64,000 nt of DNA from Pocillopora damicornis (Eukaryota): assembly GCF_003704095.1 (NCBI RefSeq), contig NW_020845863.1:62001-126000 (forward strand), written 5' to 3'. The notes beneath the pieces were generated by a model, which saw only the letters and a list, made by a program, of their open reading frames with translations, searched no databases and was not told where the DNA came from. Positions 27,401 to 43,317 of the stretch are shown here, piece by piece. Numbering within the stretch: the first letter of the stretch is position 1; every line of letters begins with the position of its first letter. The position numbers were made by a program, and so were the translations under genes.

Positions 27401-30400
27401 ATGTATGGCAGTCAAATGGAAGAATTACTTGTTGGATCTTGAGAGTTTAAGGATTACGACTAGACTGTGAATAATTTTCGCCGTCACTATTATCAAATCC
27501 AGTCAAAGGAATGGTCTCAAATGTGGTAAAAAACCAAAACATATTTAATCCTGTTTTCAAACTACATTAAAGTTAAAACTAAAATCTTGACTGACGACTG
27601 AGCGAAAACGACTAGAATTAACGACTGGCCAAAAACTCAAACGAGAAAGTATCAAGATTTGAAAACAATGATTTGGCAAACTTGGTTTCTGGACACCACA
27701 ACTGAGTAAAATAGTATTGGACTTTTGGTCAAACTGTTGCCGTTCTGGTACTTAGTGTTCTCAAGAGAATCTTTTAGAAGGTAGTCGAAACAAAAACACT
27801 CCTTAGCAAAGGTCTAAATTGAATTCAGATGGAAGATAAAAAACATAATGCTTCTGAAGTAGCCGGCGCTTCGGAAACGAGTAGCCAGTGCTTCTAGGTA
27901 ACACTGAGTACCCACTACGTTTTTAACTGATACTTGTTACTATAACTAATGCGCTTGGAAGTGAAAGTGGTAACCTGGAGGGTCTGGTGGCCAGTGCAAG
28001 GTAGGTATTGGGGCATCTTCTTCCACATCAAGTCCTGCCAGGGAGGATGTCGCCGATCTGGCCGCAGTCACAGCTCTCTGCATCATCTCATGCATACCCA
28101 GTCTTGACGACCCTGCACTGCTTCCTTGCCCACTGTTACCACCCCCATTCCCGCCACTGTTGCTCACAGAGCCTGTATTATTAGTGGCAGGTGAATTGCC
28201 GGAACCACCATCTGAGAAAGAAGCAACGACAACCTTGATTGAGCATGTTACACATTTAACACGTGTACAAATTTTGCAGGCTCCGTTGTAATTGTATGGT
28301 ACAAGCCATGAGAAAATTGCCGGTTGCAGCATATGTTAAACCAACACATAAGAGACTGAAAGCTTTTCGTAATCCGTTTGAACCTTTTCCATCCTTAGCC
28401 GGTCCTGTTACCCATTGGTTTATTATTGGCTTTTTACTTTCTGTCTATTTTACCACACTAATATTTTGCGGTTTCCTTCTAGCTGAAAATAATTTAGCAC
28501 TGCTAAAAATTTGACATGAATTTTTCAACTCCACTCTGTTTTGATACTCTTCACCGTTAAGCATTCCTGTTCCATCTTGGTTTAAAGTCACCTCTCTTAT
28601 GTCTTTCTATCTTATTGAACATACATTTTTTGGGTCTCTTTTATGACGAAAATGTTGGCAAAAATTTGACACAAGTTTGTCAATTCCAATCTGTTTTAAT
28701 CTACTCCATCCTTAACCATTTTGGCTCCTTCTTGATTTATGATTAACCAATCAATACTAATATTTAGAGGCCTTTTTAAACTTGAGTGTTGTTTTGCCCA
28801 GCGCAAACGATATTTAAAGGAAGCTAGTTGAAAGATAAGTGTCCTTAACTCACCACTTGAGCGAACAGCTGCTGCAGCGGCTGCCACGGCAGCGGCGAGA
28901 GCATCTACTGCACCCTTAATTGACTCTAACTTGTTACCAAGGGCACCTGTAGCCGTAGACACACTGCTACCCTGAGATTCAACTGCTTCCCCTGGCTCGT
29001 GGGCAGATGTTGGGAAGCTTCTGGAGACGCAGGCGTGGAGAATGTTTCTATTGCCATCACATCGTTCCAGTAAAACTGCTTCTAGAAGGCTACCCATGTT
29101 GACTGTACACACAGTACAGTCAAACATCAAGGAGAAAAGTACATTTTAATCTTTGGAAACGAGGGAAGCAGTTAAAAACCAAAAGTGTAAATCTGAAAAT
29201 TGCGAAGAGCATCTAGAGAAGCGTTCCCTACGACTCACATTCAAGAAGGTAAAAGTTTTGATAAGAGCTCTCAAGTAACAAGAACATGGTCTGTTAATGT
29301 ATGGCTGGTTCCGCGAGAGGTAAGAGTGAAGTTAATACGGTGTCTAATTGTCTGCTCAAGCAGGCAGTAAGCGCGTATCCCAAAAGTACATATTTACGCA
29401 CCTTTGCCGGCGATTAAAAACAATTAGCAACGCAGGTTTATGGGTAATTGTCCAAACCCGTTTCATGCCTTGCCTGTATTTTTACAGCAGTCTTAAAATC
29501 AACATTATACATCAGCTTATGCTGACTTACCAGGATCTGCCTCCATGGAATCAAGAAACTGTTTAATAGCTTCAAAGTCACACTTCAAAATGTGAGTCAT
29601 TAGCTGCTGGTTCTGCAAATCAACGATCATCAATGTATACGTAAATAAAAGGAGAAAAATGACAAAACAAGATGATGCGATGAGAACATATGCCAGACTA
29701 CAAAGAAGACATTTAATGAATAGCCAATGGTGAGAAGTCACACCAGTGGTGAACGAGGTGAAACAAAAGTCATGTCAATGTGTACAGGTATATGTAACTT
29801 ACTTGTACAGCCAACACTACCACCAAGGCTCGGGTTTTGCACTCAGTTCCTGGTCTGAGAGAAGTGACACCCACACCAAGACTTTGCAAAGGTGGAAGAT
29901 CCTAAAATGAAAAGAGACAATAACACATCGAATAAGTCATTCCCAGTTGAAACAATTTCCATATCTTGGTAAAATAAAAACTGCATTATCTGCATCCTGC
30001 ACAGTTAACCTAATAGAGACTTAAAGAATGACGTTTACGTCGTTTGCAATTTGTCGAACAGACAATTTTTTAGCACCCTAAAGCTCAAGCGATGAGAACA
30101 TTTAAGCAAAAAAAAAGTGAATTATGAATCCTTACAGTCCAAGCTGGATCTTTGACAGTTCCGAGAAAGTTCTTTGAAAGAGGGAACAATGCTCCGTTTG
30201 TGTCTGTCATCATTATTAGAGAATCCTGGAAAGTAACAAACAATAAAAATTTACGATGAAGAGTTTTAAAGCAATTTTAGCTACCAAATGTAATGTTTTT
30301 CAATTTTTTGTCCTTTCAGCTGCATATTGTTAAGAAGACTGGTACTTTCTGTCCCTTGTCTACAACCCTGTGCGTGTGTCTTTGTTTATGAAAACAATAC

Positions 30401-33400
30401 TTATTCCTTACATCTCCTGTTGGGTATAGCTGAATATCTTTCACTCCAGGCTGACTAAGGAAGGCTGCGCAGTCTTTTGGCATCGTTCCTCCGGGTTCGG
30501 GTTTGGAAGATGCTAAGCTGTAGAGAGCATAGCGAACGCCAGTTGACGTCTTCAACATCACATGAACTCCTGCCATGGAAGAATGTAGTACACTAAGTAA
30601 AACTAACCAATGCGAGCTAGACATGTCATAGTAAACATATGCTTGAAAACTGAAAGTACCTTTACAGTTGACAGTTACCGCAAGAGGTCTGGTGCCCAAT
30701 GGAACGGAGAGCAACTTTGGTGTCCGCTGAATACAATCAGGAATCTTATTGGCAGCAGATGACTTGACCAGCTTTAATAAAGCAAACAAAGTTTTTTAGA
30801 CCCAACATCATATGTTCAAACTATAAAGGGAGATCCATATGCGTCCTTGCTTCCAGCGATGTCGATAGCGCTATGGACATCGCTGATCCTAGCAGTATAC
30901 AGGCCGCGTGTCATATATGAAGTTCGTGATGGGCCTCGCTCGCCGTAGAGTCTTTGTGGCTCAGTGATAGAGCATCAGAGAGCGGAATTCAACGGTCTGA
31001 AGTTCGATTCCTCATGGGGACTCAGAATTTGTTCTTTGTCCCACGCTTGTGACAAGACAAAAGACATATTTCTCTATTTCTTTACCAAGCTCAAAACTTA
31101 CCATCTTTTTAAATCTATTTATCATTACAAGATGTAGCATACCTGAAGCTCGTCCTTGCGCAGAAGCCGCACATCTTGTAAAAGAGAACTATTTTCTTCA
31201 TTTAACAAAGCAGCAGCATGAAGGGAAGTGTCTTTGGGTGGGAATTTAACTGCGGCGTACGGTCCATCAACCTAACAAATTAGAACGCAACAAAACCATT
31301 AAATACACAATGTTTGGTGTGTAAAGATTCATGGCATATGTGCTATGCTTTTTTGAGTCAGCATTTTTATATGAATGATCTATTGAGCAAGATATATTCA
31401 TAAAAATATTCTGTATGTTTTCACCTTGAGCACTTTTCCAACAGGTATGTTCCGCTTATCTTCTACAAATATAACATCCTTCAAATCCCAGTCCTGAACT
31501 GATTTATCCTCAGCGGAATCTAATGATGGATCCTTTTTCCGCTCTGAAATTAAAATTGGAATGATAATGAAGTAAAAAATAATGTACTTGCATTCCAAGG
31601 TACGACTTGCATTTTACCGTAGTTACAAGAATTTCAAAGTCGCCAAAAATTGAAAGCATAAAATTCCATGCATGTTCTGAAAATGTTGTGACAAGCAACT
31701 CACTCAAGCCAAGAGAGCCAGGAACATCACTATCTTGTTCATCGATAACTGGTGGACTACAGCTGGCTTCCTCATTTCCCAGTGGAAGGACTTTAAAACG
31801 GCACTTCTCATCCAAATTCCAAGCTGATTCTAACAACTGTCCCATGCGTGGAATGCCAGAGGAGATGTTGATACCAATAGAGCCAGGATGATACAGAGGA
31901 CAGCTACGCAAACAGACCTGATGATCAGAAATAACAATGGAAATTACCTTGTATGATCAACTTTGTATAGGTAATAACATGATTTCGAGTGCAATTTGGC
32001 GTTGATCAGCACAAGTAAATTTTTCAAAGGCAACAAAATTGCACGAGCCCGAGGGGCTAATGCAATTTGTAGACTTTGAAAGATTTACAAGTAGTTATCA
32101 CACCAAATTGCACGAGAAATCATGTTATTACCTTAACAATGTACATGAAAAACCATCTCAGAAAGTCAAGATAAATGAAATTTTGAAAGCTTGCGCGCGC
32201 TATTTGTAATTTGCACTCGTTTTCAGATGATCAGAAACACGTAATGTTTTCATGTACATTATAACACACAATAAAGACATACACATGGACATTCACTTTA
32301 GCGAACACTAAATTTTCTCCCTGTCTTTTCACTAACGGGAGATTAATGGTTTAGTTGCCAAGTGTGTAATGTGCAAACACATATTGCATGAGTGGTTGCA
32401 CTAGGGATTACATTACCTGAACACCACGCACGATGCAGCTAGTAAAGGTTGTGCGATTTCTTCTTGCCCTGGCACGAGCTTTTTCCAACAGTTTCTTTCT
32501 CTGCTCAAACGGCAGTACACCCCTGTGGAAATGATATGTATTGATCATCAAACAAATTGCCATTAGCTAACGTGATTTTCAATTGATTATTTTAAAGAAG
32601 AAGCAGATACTTACCACCAGTACAAGGCTCCAGATGACATTTGGGCACAAGTGTACAGTGAGCATGTGTGAATTGCTACAACTTTGTCTCCAGAGAACTC
32701 TGAGAATCCTTGGGTGGCATGCTCCAGTTTACTGGCAATAGAGCTAAGAGTTTCATCAACCCATGTAGCTACCTACAGGGAAATATCATCAAATACAAAT
32801 AACTATTTGATTATTTCATACCCAATGTCATCAGCAAAGGTATTGCTAATCCTCTCATCCAAGGTTACTTAAGTGTTTTCTCAATTTTCACCAATCATTC
32901 ACCCATATCCACTTATAGTACTCTTGGGTAAAGAGAGGCCCTGTAAGAGTGAAGTGCCTTATCCAAGAACAGAACATAGATATACCAGTTAAAGGTCTAT
33001 AGCTTTGGAACTTGGCACAATAATCATTTGGCAACCACTTCTCCCAGGGAGTGATAAAGTTTTCTTAAGAACATTAATACAAGTGCAACAAGATCTAGAG
33101 GGCTACATGTACATGTAGGACCAATGAGGAAACTTCTGTCATAGCCATGTCAGCCAGGGTGCTGTATGTTGCACATACCTTTCCAGTCTCTGTGAGTACA
33201 GATGCCCTTATAGAGGAAGCAGATACAGCCACAACCTTCTCATCTGCAAGACCAAGAGACCTGACCCTGGGATGATATATTGCCGCATCTTGCTCTTTGT
33301 AGGGAAGAGGATCTTCCCATTTCCATTGGTACAGCTTCCCATCAGCCCCTACACATATCAGCTCTGAATACATGGCAGCAATGTGGGTAAAGCATGGGAA

Positions 33401-36400
33401 AACACCATCCTGCAGGAATAAAGGAAATATTTAATGAAGGAAATTCTACCATGCACAATGGTCTATTGCAGTCACAGCTTGTCCTGGTTTCTTTTGAATG
33501 AAGTTATAGCTACCCCTTCAATGAGCAGCTGCCAGGCAAAAACATTTTGTCTCAATTAATGATTAAATGAGATTTTTAGTTTCTTACCGTGCCTGTTTGC
33601 CACCATTGAAGTAGATCTGCCACACTCACAGGATCAGCAGAGAAACTCTGAGAAGGTACCTTGTCCTGAGGTGGTTGTTTGGGGGCACTGCCTGATGTCC
33701 CACAGTCAAGAGCCCCTCCATGGATGTTCCCAAGCCATCGGTCCCTCTCTCTCCTCAGTGCCTCCCTTTCCCTACTTCTTTCCCTGTCACGTTCTGATTC
33801 TCTCTCTGTTGCAGTTCTTGAAGCCCTGGCACTACTGTTAGGACGTCGATGAATTGTTCCATACTGTGAACTATAAAACATGTCCTCTGAAAATATTGCC
33901 TCTGGATCCACAACAAAAGATGGATCATCCACATGTACACCAGCATCTAGTAGGGACATAAGGTCATCTGGGAGAAAAAGTAACGAATAGTTCTTAGTGC
34001 TTTGCAGACAGAGAAAATGCATCGTTGGAAAAGCTTTCAGTGAAAATCTCACCTCCAGGAAGGTACTCTGGGTTATCATCATCATCCCCATCATCTTCGT
34101 CTCTGCTGAGAAGATTGTTCACTGCCAAATTCACATCAAGATTCTGAAATATAAATTCAAATAGCCCATTGTAAATTACATAGAGAGAAAGGAATGTGAA
34201 AAACACTGCATATGACACAAATAAACATGATTAATTTCCCCCTCCCTCCCTCCCTCCTAATGGAATCAAAACTGAACCCTTTACTGCAAGGCTATTTATT
34301 TATCGCACCTGAACAACAGGCAACTTCCAGTTTACTGTCAGTCTATTTGACTCTTATTACTATGAACTGTCCCTTTTTTACAGCTAAGTCCATCGCATGT
34401 ATCAAAAACAATCTGCAAACAATATTGAGAACTCTGGGAGTGCAATATATAAATATGACAGAGGAAACTAACTGTTCTCTGAAGCTCTCTGATGATGGCA
34501 GCCCTTGATTTCCCTTGAAGCACAACTTGAGCCTGAAGAACAAACCACAACAATACATTCAATACAGGGCTCGAAATTGCGACCGATACGGTCGCCAATG
34601 CAACTAAAACTTTTAACTTGGCAACTAAAAATTCTAGTTTAGTTACCACTTTGGCAACTATGTTCCTTTGATAAATAAAATATTAAAGGTGAGAAACAAT
34701 TTCCTTAGTCTCATTTCTGCTTTTCTGCAAAAGGAAATGCAAATTTAGTCTGTTTACCTTTAAGTTAAAACTTGAAATTGCTCTAAGATCACAACTTCCG
34801 AGACGACATTACAGCGGCTTCTACATGGTGATTAAAAAAATGAACCACAAACAAGGAAGAGACAAGTGACTCACCTGATTAACAAGTTCTTCTGGAACAG
34901 CTGTTGGTGGCACAGCACGAGAGCCTATTGCCCACCCAGATGCTCCCCCTCTTGCACCCCTTCGTACTACACGGCCACGCCCACGCACTGGTGCACGAGC
35001 AGATGTCCTTAATGACATGGCTGATGGAGCTGAACCCCAACGACTGAAAAACAAATCACACGACATATTGGCAAATTAAACTTTGTATGTTGCAGACATA
35101 GTTTGGAACAGTAATCATTTATAAAGGTTATAGAGAAGGTTTCCTCCCTTAAGCCAACCATTTAATAAAACCTAGAAAGTACCAAACCCTTTTTAAAAGG
35201 ACTGACCACCAGAAAACAATCAGACATAACTTGTCCCACCTCCTCCACCCCTCAAACACACATGTGAAGTGTAAGTTTCATCAAAGGAGCTCATAAAAGA
35301 TACAATGGGTACATGTATTTTTGTTTACAGCCCTTGAGAAGGACAGCCCTATGCAGAGACAAATTTATCAATACCTGATAACTGGGTGTCCTGTGAGACC
35401 ACTCAGAGTTTCTCCACTGTTTGAAAGAACCCAGGAGTTTTCACCTTGACCACGACTTCCACCACCAACTACCAACACAAAAGGAATTATCCATTATGCA
35501 ATGATACACCACATCCAGACTCACACATTCCTTATCTATTAATTTCTGCTATTTTAACTGTTTCTATTGCTCTTTGAGGTGTACATGCAAAATGCAAATG
35601 CAAAAGTTAACAAGTGAAAATCTTCCCAACCACTCTCCTCATAATTCCTTAAAACAGCTGTTGTCAGGATTTGTTAGAGATCATAGCAGTTTTATCTTTA
35701 GTCATGATTCTCATAACTTCATTCATTGCTAGAGGAAAAAATTAATCCTGATCACTCTAAGGGCTTCCTGAAATAAACCAGTATTGTGAGTACAAAGATT
35801 GCGAATCAAACACACCTGCATGTAGAACTATGTGAGATGCAGACCTTGCAGCAGTATTGCTGTTATCTTCTTCCCTATAGGGACAAAAACCAAAAAAACA
35901 GTAACTATTATGTACAGTAATAACTTATACAGAATAATACAAATCACTTCAACCTGTCCAGTTATACACGGAAATTTGACCTTTTAGGTTTCCAGTCATG
36001 AATACTTTACAGAGGACTTTGTAATACACAAGAACATGTTTATATAGTTATTAGCTCTCATTTTGCATCAAAATCTTGGTCAAAATACTTACACAGTTAT
36101 GTCTCTGGATGACAGATCCAGCTTGTCTGGATGAAGAGTGAAAGGAACACGGCAAACTTGTCCATTCTAAACCAGAACACACTTATCACTAAAATTGTAC
36201 TTAATCAGCACTGTAGTATATTCTTGTTCACATTATTATGTAACATGTAAATTGACAACGTGGTGATAAAAATCTCACATGAGAGAAAAAAAAAACCTAC
36301 ACAGCTACCACAGTGAACCTCAACTTTTGAAGCACGAAATAACCCTGAGTATTACTATCACTACTCATTCTAACCAATGTAATATCATGGCAAAACTGAC

Positions 36401-38512
36401 CAATCAGTTTATTTGACCTGACTCAAAACAACAGCACTTCACTTGACTCTAATAATGACTTCCCATGATGTGTTAGAACATCAGTCACTTTACCAAAAAG
36501 TCCTTCTAAGGACTGCTCTCATTCAGATAATCAGACTTCATGATCAAACGTTACTCCAAGGTTAAAAACCATTCACCGCCTTAAAAAATAGGAAGGAAAT
36601 AAGTGGGTGCTAAAGGCACAAGGATGTATTCTGTTGACATTGATTTCCTTGTGTCCACCCTTTCACCTTGGGACCTTATTTTTAAATCCCCTTACTGTCT
36701 GCCCTATAATTCTCATGACATTAGTTTGGAGAATTTGGTATTGGATCAACTAATTATCCCCTAATTGATTTTTTTTTATACTCTCGTCACCTTGCCTGCT
36801 TGATATTACACTGGTATTGTAGGGAGAAATTATGTCTAATCAGTTCTAGTGTGAAAGGGTTAAGTAGGTGGGAAAAAACACTGGGTGCTGATGCCTCTGG
36901 AGTAGACATGATCCTGCTAAATCATTTTTTTTATAGAAAACTCTGTATTACTGACCTCCAAAAGAAATGCAACATGCCTTGGTCCAACCACACATTCTTT
37001 TATCACTTGATCCTTAAGTGCTTGAAGAACTGGAGAACTGATGAACAGGAAATACAAATTAAAAAACTCCCTGAATTGGACAGCACTCTTTGTATCTAGG
37101 GAGCTTGTTTCCTTGAAACAACACAGGTAAGCTTTTTGTTTGCCATGGGAATTACTCTACAGCAACGAAACTCAAGAGCAATGACCAAGGGGAACCTTCA
37201 CTGCTCTTAGTGCACAGGAAGAATATGTTAAGGCAACAGAAATGAACACAGCCACCCATTCCTAATGTAGATTTTGCCATAGAAAACAAAACACAACAAA
37301 CAAAACATTCAGTAGTGGGAGTTTTCTTGTTCTAATCTTGACCTAAAAACCCCAGCTGATAAATCATTTTTGTTGGTCTTTGTTGAAATCTTGGCCTGAT
37401 ACACGCCATTCCTCTTCGTAAGGTTGAACCGTATAATCAACTTCCATATCTTCTCTACTACTTGAGCACTATGTATCACAACTCACAGTAGAGCCTGCTG
37501 AAGTTAGGTATGCATTGCAATCAGACATTATTTCAAGGGCATTTCAGTGCTGACTGATACAAAATAACAAGAGATGTGAGAGATTTACAAGAGCCAACTG
37601 AGAACTCGTTACCAGTCTACGAGACACTCTTAAAGACAAAATAAGACCACTTTAGCTCCCAAAAAACTGAGTTTACATTTTTTTAAATTTTTTTCTACCG
37701 AGATTGGTTTGTACCTATGATAAACTAAGGAAATACGTAAAAAAAATTCTTGTTATAGGTACTTTAACTAAAAACGCTACAGTTTGAAAAAAATAGGAAA
37801 CCTTTCACGTGTATGCTAGCTGTGTAGCCACATCTGTAGAGATATTAGAACGAATAAAACGTTTTAAAGGACTCGCATCTTTCATTCTTGTTAACACATT
37901 TGCACTCGTTGCAGACGCAAAAAGGGAAAAGGATAATTAAGAAAGCTTTTATAAAGAAACATTAAGAGAACTAAAGGTAAGCTTCTCAAAGTCTAGAGGT
38001 TTTAACGGCCAAAAACATGTGCAACGAAGAGAAAGCATGCATGAATAATTTTTAACTTCTGTTCGGAAGGAAAAAAATCGGACTACATTTAACAACACAC
38101 ATGAAACCACTTTAAGGCAAATCAAGTGAAGAAGTCCCCACGTGCAACAGAAAAACTTCAACACCGAACCTAAGTTTATATAAAAAACATACAGAGCACG
38201 TTTTTGTTCGCCATTTTCATCTAAACTAGTCATGCAGGGAGTTCTTTCATAAGAAAAATGTTACCTCAAGAAACCACTCTTTTCCTTTGACTCTGAAACC
38301 TCCTTCAGCCTAAAAATTAAAACAGTAAAAGGATCAATGGCGAAAAAATACTCTACTCTTACGCTTATACGAGGATTAGCGGACAAACAAGTACAACCCT
38401 CGTTGAAATGCACCGAAATAAACGCATATCGCAAAATTGCTTTGAGCTACCTTTCGTGTAGCTCTTCCACTGTTCCCGGCAGAGGATGTACAGCGATGTG
38501 AATAGCCGGCAT
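15410..38512 (-). CDS. UBR5: E3 ubiquitin-protein ligase UBR5 (EDD/hyd), many exons; part of the HECT region falls in gap 17687-17786
   Basis: First exon 38512-38451 [21 protein letters not shown] (cf. UBR5 N-terminus). UBA region [35 protein letters not shown] (~34530-34050). UBR-box [49 protein letters not shown] (~26370-26217) and [38 protein letters not shown] (~18400-17870). HECT exons 17515-17243, 16743-16596, 16121-16036, and 15622-15410 ending [24 protein letters not shown]. Confidence 0.97.
16170..16585 (+). repeat. Degenerate ~5-mer (CATGA/CACGA/CATCA) low-complexity tract in a UBR5 intron
   Basis: Runs such as gacacatgacgacacaacgacatcgcatcaacatggcatgacat. Confidence 0.6.
17010..17165 (+). 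repeat. Dispersed repeat (AGCCAATCA..AAGCGCGGGAAAACGC..TCTGATTGG); a second copy is on the - strand at ~22230-22472
   Basis: Shared core AAGCGCGGGAAAACGC at ~17074-17089, and its reverse complement GCGTTTTCCCGCGCTT at ~22350-22366, with similar flanks. Confidence 0.6.
19338..19475 (+). repeat. Degenerate (CTGA/CTGC)n tetranucleotide tract
   Basis: gactgactgattgac..gcctgactgactacctga..gacagactgac. Confidence 0.7.
23380..23595 (+). repeat. Degenerate ~21 bp minisatellite (AATCGGACGAACC...) in a UBR5 intron
   Basis: Units aaatcggacgaacccttgcag / aatcggacggaaccgccaaaa / atttgaacgaacccgtccacg / aaatcggacgaaaccgtccac / aatcggactgaaccgtcgaaa. Confidence 0.7.
25110..25292 (-). mobile_element. MITE subfamily 2 copy (related copies at ~13015-13219, ~13977-14183, ~27285-27455, ~36655-36863, ~41361-41583, ~44916-45127, ~47321-47535)
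   Basis: Shared motifs GAGAATTTGGT(A/G)TT, TTGTAAGGAGAA(A/G)TTA and CCCTTTAACTCCC..GGGTTAA-type ends. Confidence 0.65.
30870..31122 (+). mobile_element. tRNA-derived SINE-like repeat in a UBR5 intron
   Basis: Pol III A-box TGGCTCAGTGAT (30957-30968) and B-box GTTCGATTCC (31002-31011), followed by a non-tRNA body (GACTCAGAATTTTGTTCTTTGTCCCACGC..). A degenerate copy is on the - strand at ~46870-46990. Confidence 0.7.
31969..32133. repeat. ~165 bp imperfect palindrome (foldback element) in a UBR5 intron
   Basis: Left arm AGGTAATAACATGATTTCGAGTGCAATTTGG..AAATTTTTCAAAG..AAAATTGCA pairs with right arm TGCAATTTG..CTTTGAAAGATTTAC..CCAAATTGCACGAGAAATCATGTTATTACCT. Confidence 0.85.
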
Positions 38513-39501
38513 GATGCTGATAAAGGAGATCAGAAAACTCTACAACATTGATATTAATGCTGAGTACTTCTTTTTCGACGATAGGAAAACTGCTATGAAT
38601 GTTGATGATTTGAGCAGAGGAAAGAATATTCTCTTAAAGAAAGTTGGAGTCCAGTCTCCTGTCGGTGCAAAACGCCATCAAGGACTTGGTCACTCCAATC
38701 CGACCGATGTAGTCAAACAAAAGGATCGAGGCGATGAGACTTTGTAAAAAATGTTAAAAATTGGATTTCCAAGAAAGCATATAGTTCTAGGAGACAGGGC
38801 AAGAAGAAAGATTATGGCTCTCTCGCAACCGTTCTCTCAGGTGTCACGGAGCATTACGTGACATACTACTGAAGATCGGCTGACTGCGACAAGGCCTGAT
38901 AAGGTATAACTCTCCAATCTGAATTTAAAGTGAAAAATGTCAAATCCTCTTTAAAGTCTCTGGCCCTTACACTCTCGATTAACCTTTTAAGGGTGTTAGT
39001 GGTAATCACTCTTTATCATATGTTTGGCCAAGAGCTTGAGCATGGCAGAAAATTGTGTAATGATAAGGACAATGCTCAGTACCATAAAGAACCGCACCTA
39101 CATGTATTTCGGTGGAAGATCCTAACTGTTTGGCTACTGCCCTCTGGCTATAGATTGAAATATCTGCGTTAAATCATGCGTCTGGGCGATTACAATGTTT
39201 TCTTACACAAAGTAAATATATAACGGGTATTAACAAACCACCAGGAACACGTGTTTTCAAATACTGGGGATGAAATCATGAAAGTTGGAGAGGGGGTTAA
39301 ATAACAAGAAGAAAATTTGAATCTGAATTGCTTCATGCCGGTTACACCTTCATGTTATAAATTTTTTCATTCAATTGACAGCAGAGTCAATTTCAAAAGT
39401 AAACCAAACATCATTTATTGCCATGAATAAATATTTACAGTCAAGTACAGGTATAATATATATAAATTTACATCTTGCAGAGTCAAAATTTGTGAGATAT
39501 C

Positions 39502-43022
<3,521 letters not shown>

Positions 43023-43317
43023 GATTTCCCCTGTTTTTTCCGACAAGTTGATAACTCTCTACCCTCACAACAACCACAAATTTACCTCCATAGCGATGAA
43101 ACTAACAATGCATCACGGGAGTTTTCCTATCACCCTTTGCGATTGGCCCAAAGTATCAGAATTATCACTTTTTTTGATTGGTCAAAAGAAAGTAAGGAGA
43201 TTTTTGACTTCCATTTCGTCATTCGAGAACGAATCGAGCCTCCAGTCACGATGGCTAAGGTAGACTTCCTAGAATTTTAAAATCCACGAACTAAGATGCA
43301 ATTCATCGTAGTAAAAT
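43023..43317. promoter_or_regulatory. Putative bidirectional promoter shared by MORN2 and the SLC25 carrier
   Basis: The divergent start codons are only 295 bp apart. Two reverse CCAAT boxes (ATTGG at 43142-43146 and 43177-43181). Confidence 0.65.

Noticed and set aside
30950-31025. tRNA gene
   Set aside because: A and B boxes are present, but the A-box is mutated, no clean anticodon arm is evident, and it is embedded in a longer dispersed repeat. Called a SINE instead.
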